Shown here piece after piece: positions 8,946-16,379 of a stretch of 39,980 nucleotides of DNA (position 1 is the stretch's first letter; each line of letters starts with the position of its first letter). Origin of the DNA: a virus (lineage: Duplodnaviria; Caudoviricetes). The stretch covers positions 1 to 39,980 of the IMG/VR virus record IMGVR_UViG_3300011443_000031; one strand, given 5' to 3'. The translations under genes were made by a program, and so were the position numbers. Below the pieces are notes generated by a model. The model worked only from the letters and a program-made list of their open reading frames with translations, did no database searches and was not told where the DNA came from.

Positions 8946-9017
8946 GTTTCTCCTTAGGTTTTGTGCGGGGCTAAGGCTCAGGGGGCCAAGCCCTAACCCC
9001 ACACGATCTGACAGGGT

Positions 9018-9332
9018 TTAGATGAAACCCTTGGTCTCGAGACGCTCGTGAATCGCGAGGTTGATCTCTCGGTTGACCGTGGTGTTTCGACGCTCGGCCA
9101 TCTTGGTCAGCGGTTCGAAGTACTTCGGGTCGATCTCGGCCGCGAACTCTACGAACTCCCGATCGAGGTCACGGGCGGTCTGAGCCGCGGTCTTTCTCGC
9201 GACTGGCTTCTTCGATGAAGAGGCGCCGGTTTTCTTCGATGATGCTTTCGCTGTAGCCGGCGATTTCGTGGCTGGATGCTTTGCGATCGCCACCTTCTTT
9301 GATGACGCGGCTGTCTTCTTGGCTGCTGCCAC
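9018..9332 (-). CDS. Lys/Ala-rich (histone H1-like) tail fused to an Arc-like RHH DNA-binding domain
   Basis: AAKK/SSKK repeats; C-terminal LTKMAERRNTTVNREINLAIHERL. Confidence 0.7.
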   Translation of the reverse strand: MAAAKKTAASSKKVAIAKHPATKSPATAKASSKKTGASSSKKPVARKTAAQTARDLDREFVEFAAEIDPKYFEPLTKMAERRNTTVNREINLAIHERLETKGFI

Positions 9333-9681
9333 TTACTTCTCCTTTTGTTTGGGATGTTGAAACGCTCAGATTCGAAGCGTGGTACTCCTGTGACCAGGCG
9401 TAAATAAAGCGCTCCTCCACTACCGTCACGAAACGGAATGGAGGATGAGACCAACCTTGCGCATAGACGAGCGCATGCTCCTTCTCGGTGAACCGTCTTG
9501 TCGGGGTGTTCTCGACTTTGACGATATAAACCGGTTTGTGTTCCTCTTGCGTCGTGGGAGGACGAACGGGCTCAGGGCTACGTCCGCATACCTCACAGTA
9601 TGGATGCCCTTGAATCCATGTCCAAGGACGTTGGTGTTCTGTGCATCCGACTTGCTCCGAATGAATGTGATACGCCACCAT
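9169..9681 (-). CDS. Hypothetical Cys-containing protein
   Basis: TAATG coupling; C..H..CEVC. The 3' end overlaps the next gene by about 160 nt, so the end is uncertain. Confidence 0.5.
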   Translation of the reverse strand: MVAYHIHSEQVGCTEHQRPWTWIQGHPYCEVCGRSPEPVRPPTTQEEHKPVYIVKVENTPTRRFTEKEHALVYAQGWSHPPFRFVTVVEERFIYAWSQEYHASNLSVSTSQTKGEVSGSSQEDSRVIKEGGDRKASSHEIAGYSESIIEENRRLFIEEASREKDRGSDRP

Positions 9682-9956
9682 TACCACTCCTCTTCAGGTG
9701 AATTGGCCAAGCGGATGAGAATATCCCCATGGCAGGCTTTGGGAGCACAGAAGCAAACAAGATCTTTCCCCTTTAACTCCCCCACGTCGCGAAGCAGACT
9801 AGGCTGACTCCACAACCACTTCTCGTATTTAGCGATAACTTCGTATCGCGTACCGTCTCGTCCGACATGAAACGGATTCCCCCACTTGCTGTCTCGACCG
9901 ATGAATATTGCATCAACCGGTCGCTTCTTGTCTTTGACGTTCCAGACCTTAGGCAT
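9681..9956 (-). CDS. DUF4326 family protein
   Basis: FIGR.SKWGNPF ... LKGKDLVCFCAPKACHGD. Confidence 0.9.
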   Translation of the reverse strand: MPKVWNVKDKKRPVDAIFIGRDSKWGNPFHVGRDGTRYEVIAKYEKWLWSQPSLLRDVGELKGKDLVCFCAPKACHGDILIRLANSPEEEW

Positions 9957-10132
9957 CAGTCTGTCCCCATCGTTTCCATTCGCACTCGCATCCGAATTCG
10001 GAGGACGCGGTTACATACAGCACAAATCTGGACTGCGTTTCTAGAATTGTAAGCGACCGGAATGATCGACTGCCCACAAAGAGTCGTGTTGTCGTTGAGG
10101 TCATCGGTCTCGTAAATATGAATGGTAACCAT
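9956..10132 (-). CDS. 58-aa zinc-finger microprotein (not in ORF track)
   Basis: Manual translation MVTIHIYETDDLNDNTTLCGQ...CAVC; TGATG coupling at both ends. Confidence 0.7.
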   Translation of the reverse strand: MVTIHIYETDDLNDNTTLCGQSIIPVAYNSRNAVQICAVCNRVLRIRMRVRMETMGTD

Positions 10133-10407
10133 CAGTCCTCCTCAGGATCGAGCTTCTTCGGGGCCTTCTCTGTGACCTGGTTGATGAACTTCGAACGAAT
10201 CTCCACTTCCCGCAAAAGTTCCTCGGACGGCAGGGTCAAGCCCTCCTCCAGGATCCAGTTGAGGTACTCCGTCTTGAGATCGAGTTCAGTTTCGAGCGCT
10301 CTTGTGCTACTACTGTTTCTCCATCCACAAACAAACGCTGCTACCATGCATCCGACTTGATAAGCAGCCCAATGGGTTAAGACTTTCTTTACTGTTGACG
10401 ACTTCAC
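10132..10407 (-). CDS. Hypothetical membrane-associated protein
   Basis: GGAGG SD; short hydrophobic segment; KFINQV C-terminal motif. Confidence 0.7.
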   Translation of the reverse strand: MKSSTVKKVLTHWAAYQVGCMVAAFVCGWRNSSSTRALETELDLKTEYLNWILEEGLTLPSEELLREVEIRSKFINQVTEKAPKKLDPEED

Positions 10408-10434
10408 TTCAAATACCTCCCTGTGTGAGTGACC

Positions 10435-10469
10435 AAAAAGGAAAACCCTAAGTCCTTGTAGACTCGGGT
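10435..10469 (-). terminator. Intrinsic terminator (ACAA loop)
   Basis: ACCCGAGTCT-ACAA-GGACTTAGGGT followed by a U tract. Confidence 0.75.
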
Positions 10470-10558
10470 CATCGACAAATGTCGACTAGTTGGTCCAGTA
10501 TCCAGTAGATACGGTACCAATGACGGCTGTACTTGACAGCGACATAGGTATCTTTCAT
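10469..10558 (-). CDS. 29-aa cassette microprotein (not in ORF track)
   Basis: MKDTYVAVKYSRHWYRIYWILDQLVDICR; AAGGA SD; fills the space between P3 and a terminator. Confidence 0.6.
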   Translation of the reverse strand: MKDTYVAVKYSRHWYRIYWILDQLVDICR

Positions 10559-10593
10559 TTGGGTTTCGGTTCCTTTTGGTCGGGTTTGTTCCT

Positions 10594-10618
10594 ATTCTAA
10601 TCGTTGTTATTCCTGCGA
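10594..10618 (-). promoter_or_regulatory. Phage promoter-like motif P3
   Basis: TCGCA-GGAATAACAACGAT-TAGAAT-AGGAA. Confidence 0.75.
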
Positions 10619-10620
10619 GC

Positions 10621-10650
10621 AAAGAGGATATACCTTGCGGTACGTCCCCT
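10621..10650 (-). terminator. Intrinsic terminator (GCAA loop)
   Basis: AGGGGACGTACC-GCAA-GGTATATCCTCT-TT, abutting P3. Confidence 0.65.
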
Positions 10651-10665
10651 TGGTTGTGGTGTGGT

Positions 10666-10914
10666 TCACTTGTCGACAAGCATGTTGATGAATTTGATTC
10701 GCTCGTTGTACATCATCTCGATCTGCTCCTGTGGGCAGCACTCCAGATATCGACGCAGAACACTCACAAGAAGATTGGTGTGTAACAGGATCAACTCTGA
10801 GGTAGAGATGATCGAGCTTCGCACTGGATTCTTCTTGAAGTGATCCACGACGAATGTGTGAATGCCGAACACGAGGGCGACTCCAATGATTTCATCGAAT
10901 TCAATCGGTTCCAT
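10666..10914 (-). CDS. Cassette hypothetical protein
   Basis: GAAAGG SD; KFINML C-terminal motif. Confidence 0.7.
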   Translation of the reverse strand: MEPIEFDEIIGVALVFGIHTFVVDHFKKNPVRSSIISTSELILLHTNLLVSVLRRYLECCPQEQIEMMYNERIKFINMLVDK

Positions 10915-10940
10915 GATATGGCCTTTCGGTTGGTGTTCCT

Positions 10941-10965
10941 ATTACAACCGTTGTTTCGCCTGCGA
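10941..10965 (-). promoter_or_regulatory. Phage promoter-like motif P4
   Basis: TCGCA-GGCGAAACAACGGT-TGTAAT-AGGAA. Confidence 0.75.
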
Positions 10966-10972
10966 GTTTCAC

Positions 10973-11005
10973 AAAAAAGGAAAGTCCTTGTAAGGGGACT
11001 CTCCT
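10973..11005 (-). terminator. Intrinsic terminator
   Basis: AGGAGAGTCC..TTACAA-GGACTTTCCT followed by a U tract. Confidence 0.75.
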
Positions 11006-11031
11006 CTCCAGCATCTCGGCTGGACGGGGGT

Positions 11032-11229
11032 TCACACTTCGGCTTCGAGGGCCTGGTTGTAGAACGCGTCGTAGAGGTCGTTCTCCTTGAGGAAGTTGTC
11101 ATGGTCCTTGAGGGCCATCTTGTTCAGTGCCAGGCACACGACGGTGGTGGCTGTGACAGCGATGGCGACCTTGTGGTCGATGACGAACTGCTTCGTACGG
11201 AGGCCGACCTTCTTCACGGTGTTCAACAT
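11032..11229 (-). CDS. Cassette small membrane protein
   Basis: Start MLNTVKK with AAGGAG SD; hydrophobic VAIAVTATTVVCLAL. Confidence 0.8.
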   Translation of the reverse strand: MLNTVKKVGLRTKQFVIDHKVAIAVTATTVVCLALNKMALKDHDNFLKENDLYDAFYNQALEAEV

Positions 11230-11260
11230 TGTTGCTCCTTTTCGGGTTGGTGGTTTTCCT

Positions 11261-11285
11261 ATTATAACCCTTGTTTTTTCTGCGA
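11261..11285 (-). promoter_or_regulatory. Phage promoter-like motif P5
   Basis: TCGCA-GAAAAAACAAGGGT-TATAAT-AGGAA. Confidence 0.8.
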
Positions 11286-11360
11286 ACTGTTGGGAGCGTC
11301 TCTCGACTTCTTGGCTATCCCTAGCAGGCGTGGCCACCAACCTGTGGGTCCCAACAATTC
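11284..11360 (-). ncRNA. Candidate small multi-stem RNA element
   Basis: 12-bp closing stem GAATTGTTGGGA/TCCCAACAGTTC enclosing three short hairpins, two with GNRA loops. Confidence 0.35.
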
Positions 11361-11434
11361 ATCTCAGGGCACTACCGCGCCGGTGAACAATGATTTCAAC
11401 TCTGGGTGGTGACGAGCCGCATAAGCTCTCCTTT

Positions 11435-11740
11435 CTACGTCGGTCGACCGTAACGACCGAGTTCGGCGGTCTGATAAAACGTACCTTTTTCTTGCGCACG
11501 TTTCTGCTGATCACGAAACACTTGATCGATCAGCTCGAGATGATGTCCTTCTTCTGCGTGGTGACGTTCTCGAAGAAGCCGTCGTGCTTGTTCCCTTGTT
11601 CGACCGCTGACGCCTCCGAATATACAGAAGGCACCATCTCTCGAACAAACCCACTTGTCAACATTCGCTCCAACCGCCATAGCTGGTTGCACGAGTGTTT
11701 TCTGGGTGGGAGGAGTACTCGGTTTCTCGAGGGCCATCAC
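11435..11740 (-). CDS. Hypothetical Cys/His protein
   Basis: GTGA overlap; WVC......C...HH. Confidence 0.65.
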   Translation of the reverse strand: MMALEKPSTPPTQKTLVQPAMAVGANVDKWVCSRDGAFCIFGGVSGRTREQARRLLRERHHAEEGHHLELIDQVFRDQQKRAQEKGTFYQTAELGRYGRPT

Positions 11741-11946
11741 AGAGCCTTGAGCGCTTTGACTACTGCAAGGATATGGATGGCTGCGTCTGAACGCACTTCA
11801 CGCATCGTATGGCGGGGACGTTTCCCCTGCCAATTGCATGTGCAGGCAGCGAGGAATCGTGCACCTTCGGAGGGGAGTGGGAGGCGAACGCACTTCAATC
11901 GATGCCCGTTCTCCATGGCGATCGTGGCTGGTCTACGCCGCTCCAT
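11737..11946 (-). CDS. H..CTC..H mini zinc-binding protein
   Basis: HRLKC...AACTCNWQG...AAIH. Confidence 0.65.
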   Translation of the reverse strand: MERRRPATIAMENGHRLKCVRLPLPSEGARFLAACTCNWQGKRPRHTMREVRSDAAIHILAVVKALKAL

Positions 11947-12124
11947 CGAAGTCCCCATTCTGGACCTCACGGATATGGACGAACTCATCGTGCTGCGCGT
12001 TGTGCTTGGCGTAGCGAACGAACCCCGACCTCCAACCACACGAACAATGGGCCTGGAACTTCGGCCCGTCCTTCTTCGGCGGCGTGAGAACTTCGAGTCT
12101 CGTGGTGTGGCTTTGCTCTGTCAC
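11933..12124 (-). CDS. H..CSCG..H mini zinc-binding protein
   Basis: GTG start with AAAGGGG SD; AHCSCGWRS...FVH. Confidence 0.7.
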   Translation of the reverse strand: MTEQSHTTRLEVLTPPKKDGPKFQAHCSCGWRSGFVRYAKHNAQHDEFVHIREVQNGDFDGAA

Positions 12125-12192
12125 TGCGTACCCCTTTGATTGTTGGAATATGACAATGGGTAGTTTGACTGTGATACCCACACAGGTTGGGA

Positions 12193-12582
12193 CTACAGCT
12201 CGCTGTCGGAGATATAGACGACGGCGTTGGTGCCCTTCTGGACCTTCTTGACCAGATCGTCCTTACGCCTCTGATGATCCTCAGCATCGACCTGCTGCTC
12301 GAGAGCCCAGACGTACTTCTGCTGAAGAAGGAGTGACTCACGGGCGTCACGCAACAACTCACGTGTGTCCTTGACGAAGTCCTTCTTGAGCCATTCCAGC
12401 AACGTAGCCTTGCTTGCGCCGTGATCGCTGTGATGCTCGAGATATGTTTTCGACGCCAAGAGGTCCATGTTCGTCTCCGAACGCAGCATCTTGATCGCGT
12501 CGATGACCCCTTTCACTCCTGGAGTGTGATTGGGGTTGCACCGAAGCTCGGCGATCTCCTTTGCGGTGGCGAGATCCATCAT
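12193..12582 (-). CDS. Protein with bL12 (L7/L12) C-terminal-like motif and coiled coil
   Basis: VIDAIKMLRSETNMDLLASKTYLE resembles the KI.AIK.VR..TGLGL.EAK.LVE pattern. Confidence 0.6.
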   Translation of the reverse strand: MMDLATAKEIAELRCNPNHTPGVKGVIDAIKMLRSETNMDLLASKTYLEHHSDHGASKATLLEWLKKDFVKDTRELLRDARESLLLQQKYVWALEQQVDAEDHQRRKDDLVKKVQKGTNAVVYISDSEL

Positions 12583-12848
12583 CCTCCTTCATTCGTGCAG
12601 GGCAGAAGACCCCACTTCGTGGTACCGATTGTCTTGCCTGGATCGACCAAGCACACGTCGAGCGTGCACGGGTTGAGGCTCCACTTGCGTGTTCCCTCAG
12701 CGCCATTGGTCGGAACGCAGATATCTTCTGGCCCATCTGCAGGAGCGTAGTGCGTGGGGGTCTGAACCATCCACGGAAGGATCTCTTGCACCGGATTGCA
12801 TGCTGAGAGAGCGATCACTGCACCGATCAACGCAACTACCTTCTTCAT
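12579..12848 (-). CDS. Lipoprotein
   Basis: MKKVVALIGAVIALSAC lipobox; GAGGAGG SD. Confidence 0.75.
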   Translation of the reverse strand: MKKVVALIGAVIALSACNPVQEILPWMVQTPTHYAPADGPEDICVPTNGAEGTRKWSLNPCTLDVCLVDPGKTIGTTKWGLLPCTNEGG

Positions 12849-12873
12849 GTTGTCCCTCCTCAGGGAATATGGG

Positions 12874-13596
12874 TCACAACCTCCATGGCTGCAGACCACT
12901 GATGTCGTACATCACCTTCGTAACGCACGCTTGTCTTTGTTTGTTCAACGCTGAATTCCCAAATACGTCACTGGCGCTTTGGGCATCGCAGTGGGAGCGG
13001 AAGAAAGCTGCGTAGCTGGTTCCACTCCAATTACCTTCGTGTGCCTGCCAATATCCATGGCAACATGCGTTGGCCACGTCGTTTCGACAGTTGCTTTCTC
13101 GCCATCCGTATCCCCAATTGGATCTGGGTCCACTTCTCGGCTGATCGCTGAACTGACTGGGAAGGCCTGCCTGAACGCGATAGAAGTTCATCTCGTCACA
13201 GCCAGAATATCCCTCTGGAGCGAAAGGCATCCCACGTAAACCGGAAGATGTCTCCGGGGGAATTTTCGGGGGATCAACACGAATTGCCTCTTTCAAAGCG
13301 TCCATGGTGATCGGCCCGGCAATCCCATCCGGAAGTAAATCGTTTGCACGTTGAAAATGCCTGACCGCTCGAGTAGTGCGAGGTCCGTACTCACCGTCGA
13401 CGGGCAACACGTACCCGTATGATCGGAGAATATACTGGACTTCAACTACCTCTTGCCCGCTGTCACCTGGACCAGCATCAGCATGCGCATTGACCTTCTC
13501 GATGGCGAGAAATATCGCCGTGAAGATTGCTGCCAGTCCGATAAACATGCAGATCGCTAGAAGAGCCGCGAGTAAGAATCGGCCAAGCCTACTCAT
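12874..13596 (-). CDS. Membrane-anchored/secreted peptidoglycan-binding lytic transglycosylase (Rpf/SLT-like)
   Basis: N-terminal TM; PG-binding-1 domain (DGEYGPRT..AVRHFQRAN.L.PDGIAGP.T); WRESNC..GYWQ..GLQPW. Confidence 0.75.
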   Translation of the reverse strand: MSRLGRFLLAALLAICMFIGLAAIFTAIFLAIEKVNAHADAGPGDSGQEVVEVQYILRSYGYVLPVDGEYGPRTTRAVRHFQRANDLLPDGIAGPITMDALKEAIRVDPPKIPPETSSGLRGMPFAPEGYSGCDEMNFYRVQAGLPSQFSDQPRSGPRSNWGYGWRESNCRNDVANACCHGYWQAHEGNWSGTSYAAFFRSHCDAQSASDVFGNSALNKQRQACVTKVMYDISGLQPWRL

Positions 13597-13784
13597 CCCT
13601 CACTCCCCATGAGAAGGCGAGACGCTTCCATGATCTTCTGTCGAGACGCTGTCATTCGGGACGTCGTGTCCTCATTTGCCCAAACAGTCATGTGCTCGTC
13701 ATAGGCAAGAGTCATCTTCTTGGCTTCTTCGACGATGGTTTCCTCCAACGTCTTAACTGAGTCGGTCTTCATGTTCGGCTGCAT
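13593..13784 (-). CDS. Hypothetical protein
   Basis: AAGGAG SD; ATGA coupling. Confidence 0.6.
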   Translation of the reverse strand: MQPNMKTDSVKTLEETIVEEAKKMTLAYDEHMTVWANEDTTSRMTASRQKIMEASRLLMGSEG

Positions 13785-14040
13785 GCTTCTCCTTCTTCAG
13801 GAAGTCGTATGTCTGGACAGCTGCGTTTGCGTTCTTGATCTTCCGAAACGTACCTGGGCACATCTCTCGGAAGAACTTCCTCGGAGCCCACTTCGCGTGA
13901 GTCTCTGTCTTGTAGAATGGCATGATCCCGATGACCATGCTGATTGCCTCTGTGTAGTCGAGGCGATGATCCGTGATCTCCTTGGAGACCCGCTGGATTT
14001 CGTGGTAGTGCGAGTCCACGACTTCTTCCATGGTTGTCAC
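13753..14040 (-). CDS. Hypothetical protein
   Basis: GTGA coupling with GAGGAG SD. Confidence 0.6.
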   Translation of the reverse strand: MTTMEEVVDSHYHEIQRVSKEITDHRLDYTEAISMVIGIMPFYKTETHAKWAPRKFFREMCPGTFRKIKNANAAVQTYDFLKKEKHAAEHEDRLS

Positions 14041-14486
14041 ATCTCCTCCTCTGTGAGTGCTTGCGGTTCGTCCAACTTCACAACATCGATTTCGAAGCCG
14101 TATCCGTAGTAGAACGGATTGCCACATGACCAACCGACGGTCAGCTCGAGAACGTCACCCATGTCAGCATAAATATGCCAACGAGTGTACTGCTCTGTGG
14201 TACCGACACCCATGATGATGTGATCGACCTTCTCTGGATGGAGAAGGAATTCCTGCAGTTCGGTATAGGCGCAACAATCACTGGTGTCCGCCAGACGAAC
14301 TTCGTTTCCATTGTCCAGTGTGATGACGAATGCTTTGTGAGTTCCCCATCGATAAGGGGTCTCCTTTTCCTCCGTCTTGACGATCCGATGCCCGACGACA
14401 GCTTGTTCCAGTTTTTCGACGTTCTCAGGCATTGTGCCATCGTCTTCGTCACTGGACAACCTCTCGAATACGTATTCTGTTGTCAT
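14037..14486 (-). CDS. Conserved actinophage hypothetical protein (SDCCA motif)
   Basis: Start MTTEYV with AAGGAG SD; DTSDCCAYT and GNPFYYGYG motifs. Confidence 0.8.
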   Translation of the reverse strand: MTTEYVFERLSSDEDDGTMPENVEKLEQAVVGHRIVKTEEKETPYRWGTHKAFVITLDNGNEVRLADTSDCCAYTELQEFLLHPEKVDHIIMGVGTTEQYTRWHIYADMGDVLELTVGWSCGNPFYYGYGFEIDVVKLDEPQALTEEEM

Positions 14487-14629
14487 CGTTGCTCCTTGAT
14501 TGGGTCGAGGACCATGCGGTCCACTTGAATACCTTCGTTTTCCAGCGCGGCCTTGAACTTGGTCCACGCTTCGATTGCCGGCTTGTCGATCGGGATCTTG
14601 ATCTCTGCGTATACCTTGTAGCCGATCAC
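14483..14629 (-). CDS. 48-aa protein (not in ORF track)
   Basis: MIGYKVYAEIKIPIDKPAIEAW...; coupled at both ends. Confidence 0.6.
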   Translation of the reverse strand: MIGYKVYAEIKIPIDKPAIEAWTKFKAALENEGIQVDRMVLDPIKEQR

Positions 14630-14892
14630 GCTTCCTCCTCACACGGTGGATTTGGTGGGGAAATATGGCCGACCAAGAACGTCTCGATCGGCTCATACCC
14701 CCACATGTTGTTGGCTTCGATGTCCTTGACGAGCCGAATACGCTCGCCTTTGATCGTCTCGAACGAGATCTTCCAGACCGTCAGATCCGCAGCAGCGTGC
14801 TCCATTGCCTCAAACACCGTGAGGAAATATAGAAGCCCGTGCTCTTCACTTCGAGTCTGAACGTAGTGTTCGGAGTCTGGGGTGTACTTCAC
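14626..14892 (-). CDS. Hypothetical protein
   Basis: GTGA coupling; VWKISF...GERIRLVK. Confidence 0.7.
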   Translation of the reverse strand: MKYTPDSEHYVQTRSEEHGLLYFLTVFEAMEHAAADLTVWKISFETIKGERIRLVKDIEANNMWGYEPIETFLVGHISPPNPPCEEEA

Positions 14893-15284
14893 GAAGCACG
14901 TCCGTACTTCTGCTTCAGAGCGTTGGCAGTGACCTGGTACTCGGTCCAGATCTTCCGGAACCACTCGAGATCGTTTCGAACGTCCTGCTCGTCGCAGAAA
15001 GGCATCCCACGTGGGATAGCGATCTCTTCCCCCTGAGAAATGCGAAGCATGTTCCCCTTGAGCACGACCCGCGACTTGGTCGGCATCGTCTTCGCCTTCT
15101 CCTCGAGCTTGTCGGTGCAGAACGAGAGGTTCTTCTGCTTGACGGTGATCAGAACAGCGGGGTCCCGAGGGTCGAGAGCCTTCTGCTCTTCACGGCGACG
15201 TGCCGTCTTCTTGTGGTTGCGACGACGCACGGAGTTGTTCTTCTCCTCGACGTTGTCCTTCTTGGCCTTCTGTGGCTTTGCCAT
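14889..15284 (-). CDS. Basic Lys/Arg-rich protein
   Basis: Start MAKPQKAKK with AAAGGGG SD after an AC-rich leader; RRRNHKKTARRR. Confidence 0.75.
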   Translation of the reverse strand: MAKPQKAKKDNVEEKNNSVRRRNHKKTARRREEQKALDPRDPAVLITVKQKNLSFCTDKLEEKAKTMPTKSRVVLKGNMLRISQGEEIAIPRGMPFCDEQDVRNDLEWFRKIWTEYQVTANALKQKYGRAS

Positions 15285-15328
15285 TTGGAATATCCCCTTT
15301 GCTGGTTGTGGTTTCAGTTGTGTTTGCT

Positions 15329-15804
15329 GCGGAGGGAGGGCAGGGAGCTTCGGGTTTCTCGCCACTATCTCCCATACCCTTCCCTCTGCGTCACTTCGTC
15401 TCCATGCTTCCAGAGCTGCCCAATTGTGCTAATATCCGAGGTGCTGGATATTGGGGCGGACAATTACTTCTCGTGCTCCAGACGAGACGCTCTCATGAAG
15501 GTTGCGTATCACCAGTGGAAGAACTGGATCTCGCTCCGCTCTCCCTTTCGTTTCTTCTACTCAGGAGTAAACACGAAGTCGGTTTTTTGGTAACGATCCC
15601 ATATACCCTGTTGTCTAGTCCAGTTTATATGGGCTTCTGTGTGTCCTTCACAGACTACAGTGCGGTCTGACTCATCTCAACGGGCGGGGAGAGATGTAAC
15701 AGACAGTAGAACTCTCAACACTTCCAGTCAGGACTGGAGGACGGGTATCCAATGTGTTGATTTCTAGCGCACCCGCTCTGAGCCTAAAGGCTGTTTAGCG
15801 TCGC
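15329..15804 (-). ncRNA. Candidate large structured non-coding RNA (~480 nt)
   Basis: No credible minus-strand ORF in an otherwise gap-free genome; about ten stems plus long-range pairings visible by eye. Confidence 0.6.
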
Positions 15805-16248
15805 TCAGTCGACGGCGACGTCTGGTCGCTCGATGCCGTGGGGAGGAGCCTGATCGACCTCTTCAGTCGCTTCGACAATTGCCTCCGCCAACTCGGCCTC
15901 CATGCTCTCCTGCAGCGCCTGACGCAGGAGTTCTGCCCGCTCGTTCGGATCCATGTTCGGATCCATGAACGAGAAGGAAATGATCGGCGCATGCTCGATG
16001 AACAGGTTCTTGAACACCTTCCCGGCGAAGCACCGGTAGTTGTCGTTGACCCTGGTCAAGAAGAACCCAGGATATGCCCGAGTGATGCTCGGGACGACCC
16101 GACGATCGATGACGATGTACGGGTTACCGTCGTCCTTGTTCTTCAGTTCACCGATCGTGTTCGCCACCTCCTCGATGTTGGCCTTGGTGATCTCGAGGAC
16201 CTCTACCTGGTAGGGCCTCCGGACGTATGGGGTGAATTCCAAGTCCAT
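15805..16248 (-). CDS. Conserved hypothetical protein
   Basis: TAATG-coupled start MDLEFTPYVRRPYQVE. Confidence 0.8.
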   Translation of the reverse strand: MDLEFTPYVRRPYQVEVLEITKANIEEVANTIGELKNKDDGNPYIVIDRRVVPSITRAYPGFFLTRVNDNYRCFAGKVFKNLFIEHAPIISFSFMDPNMDPNERAELLRQALQESMEAELAEAIVEATEEVDQAPPHGIERPDVAVD

Positions 16249-16379
16249 TACTTTCCTCTCTTCTGGTTGTGTTTGATGAATTGGATGCTGTAGTACACAA
16301 CGAATATGAGCAGTGTTACCAGGAAGACGAGTCCTGATGTCCAAAGCGATTCGAGTGTGGGTCGTGGGTCTGAACTCAT
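16248..16379 (-). CDS. 43-aa single-TM protein (not in ORF track)
   Basis: MSSDPRPTLESLWTSGLVFLVTLLIFVVYYSIQFIKHNQKRGK; coupled at both ends. Confidence 0.7.
   Translation of the reverse strand: MSSDPRPTLESLWTSGLVFLVTLLIFVVYYSIQFIKHNQKRGK

Noticed and set aside
10435-11285. Regularly recurring repeats resembling a CRISPR or attC array
   Set aside because: The repeats are degenerate promoter and terminator motifs separated by ORFs of variable length; no cas or integrase gene is present.
11284-11360. tRNA gene
   Set aside because: No TTCRA T-loop, no 7-nt anticodon loop and no CCA end.
14466-14477. Extra GAATACGTATTC palindrome matching the origin iteron
   Set aside because: Single copy inside a CDS (EYVF codons); could be chance.
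15285-15365. Longer GTG start for the 14889 gene
   Set aside because: SD spacing is only 3 nt and lies within a strong hairpin; ATG 15284 has a proper SD and the AC-rich leader.
15601-15660. TAGTC/GACTA pair reminiscent of group I intron P7
   Set aside because: The order is reversed relative to the R/S elements, and no interrupted gene flanks it.
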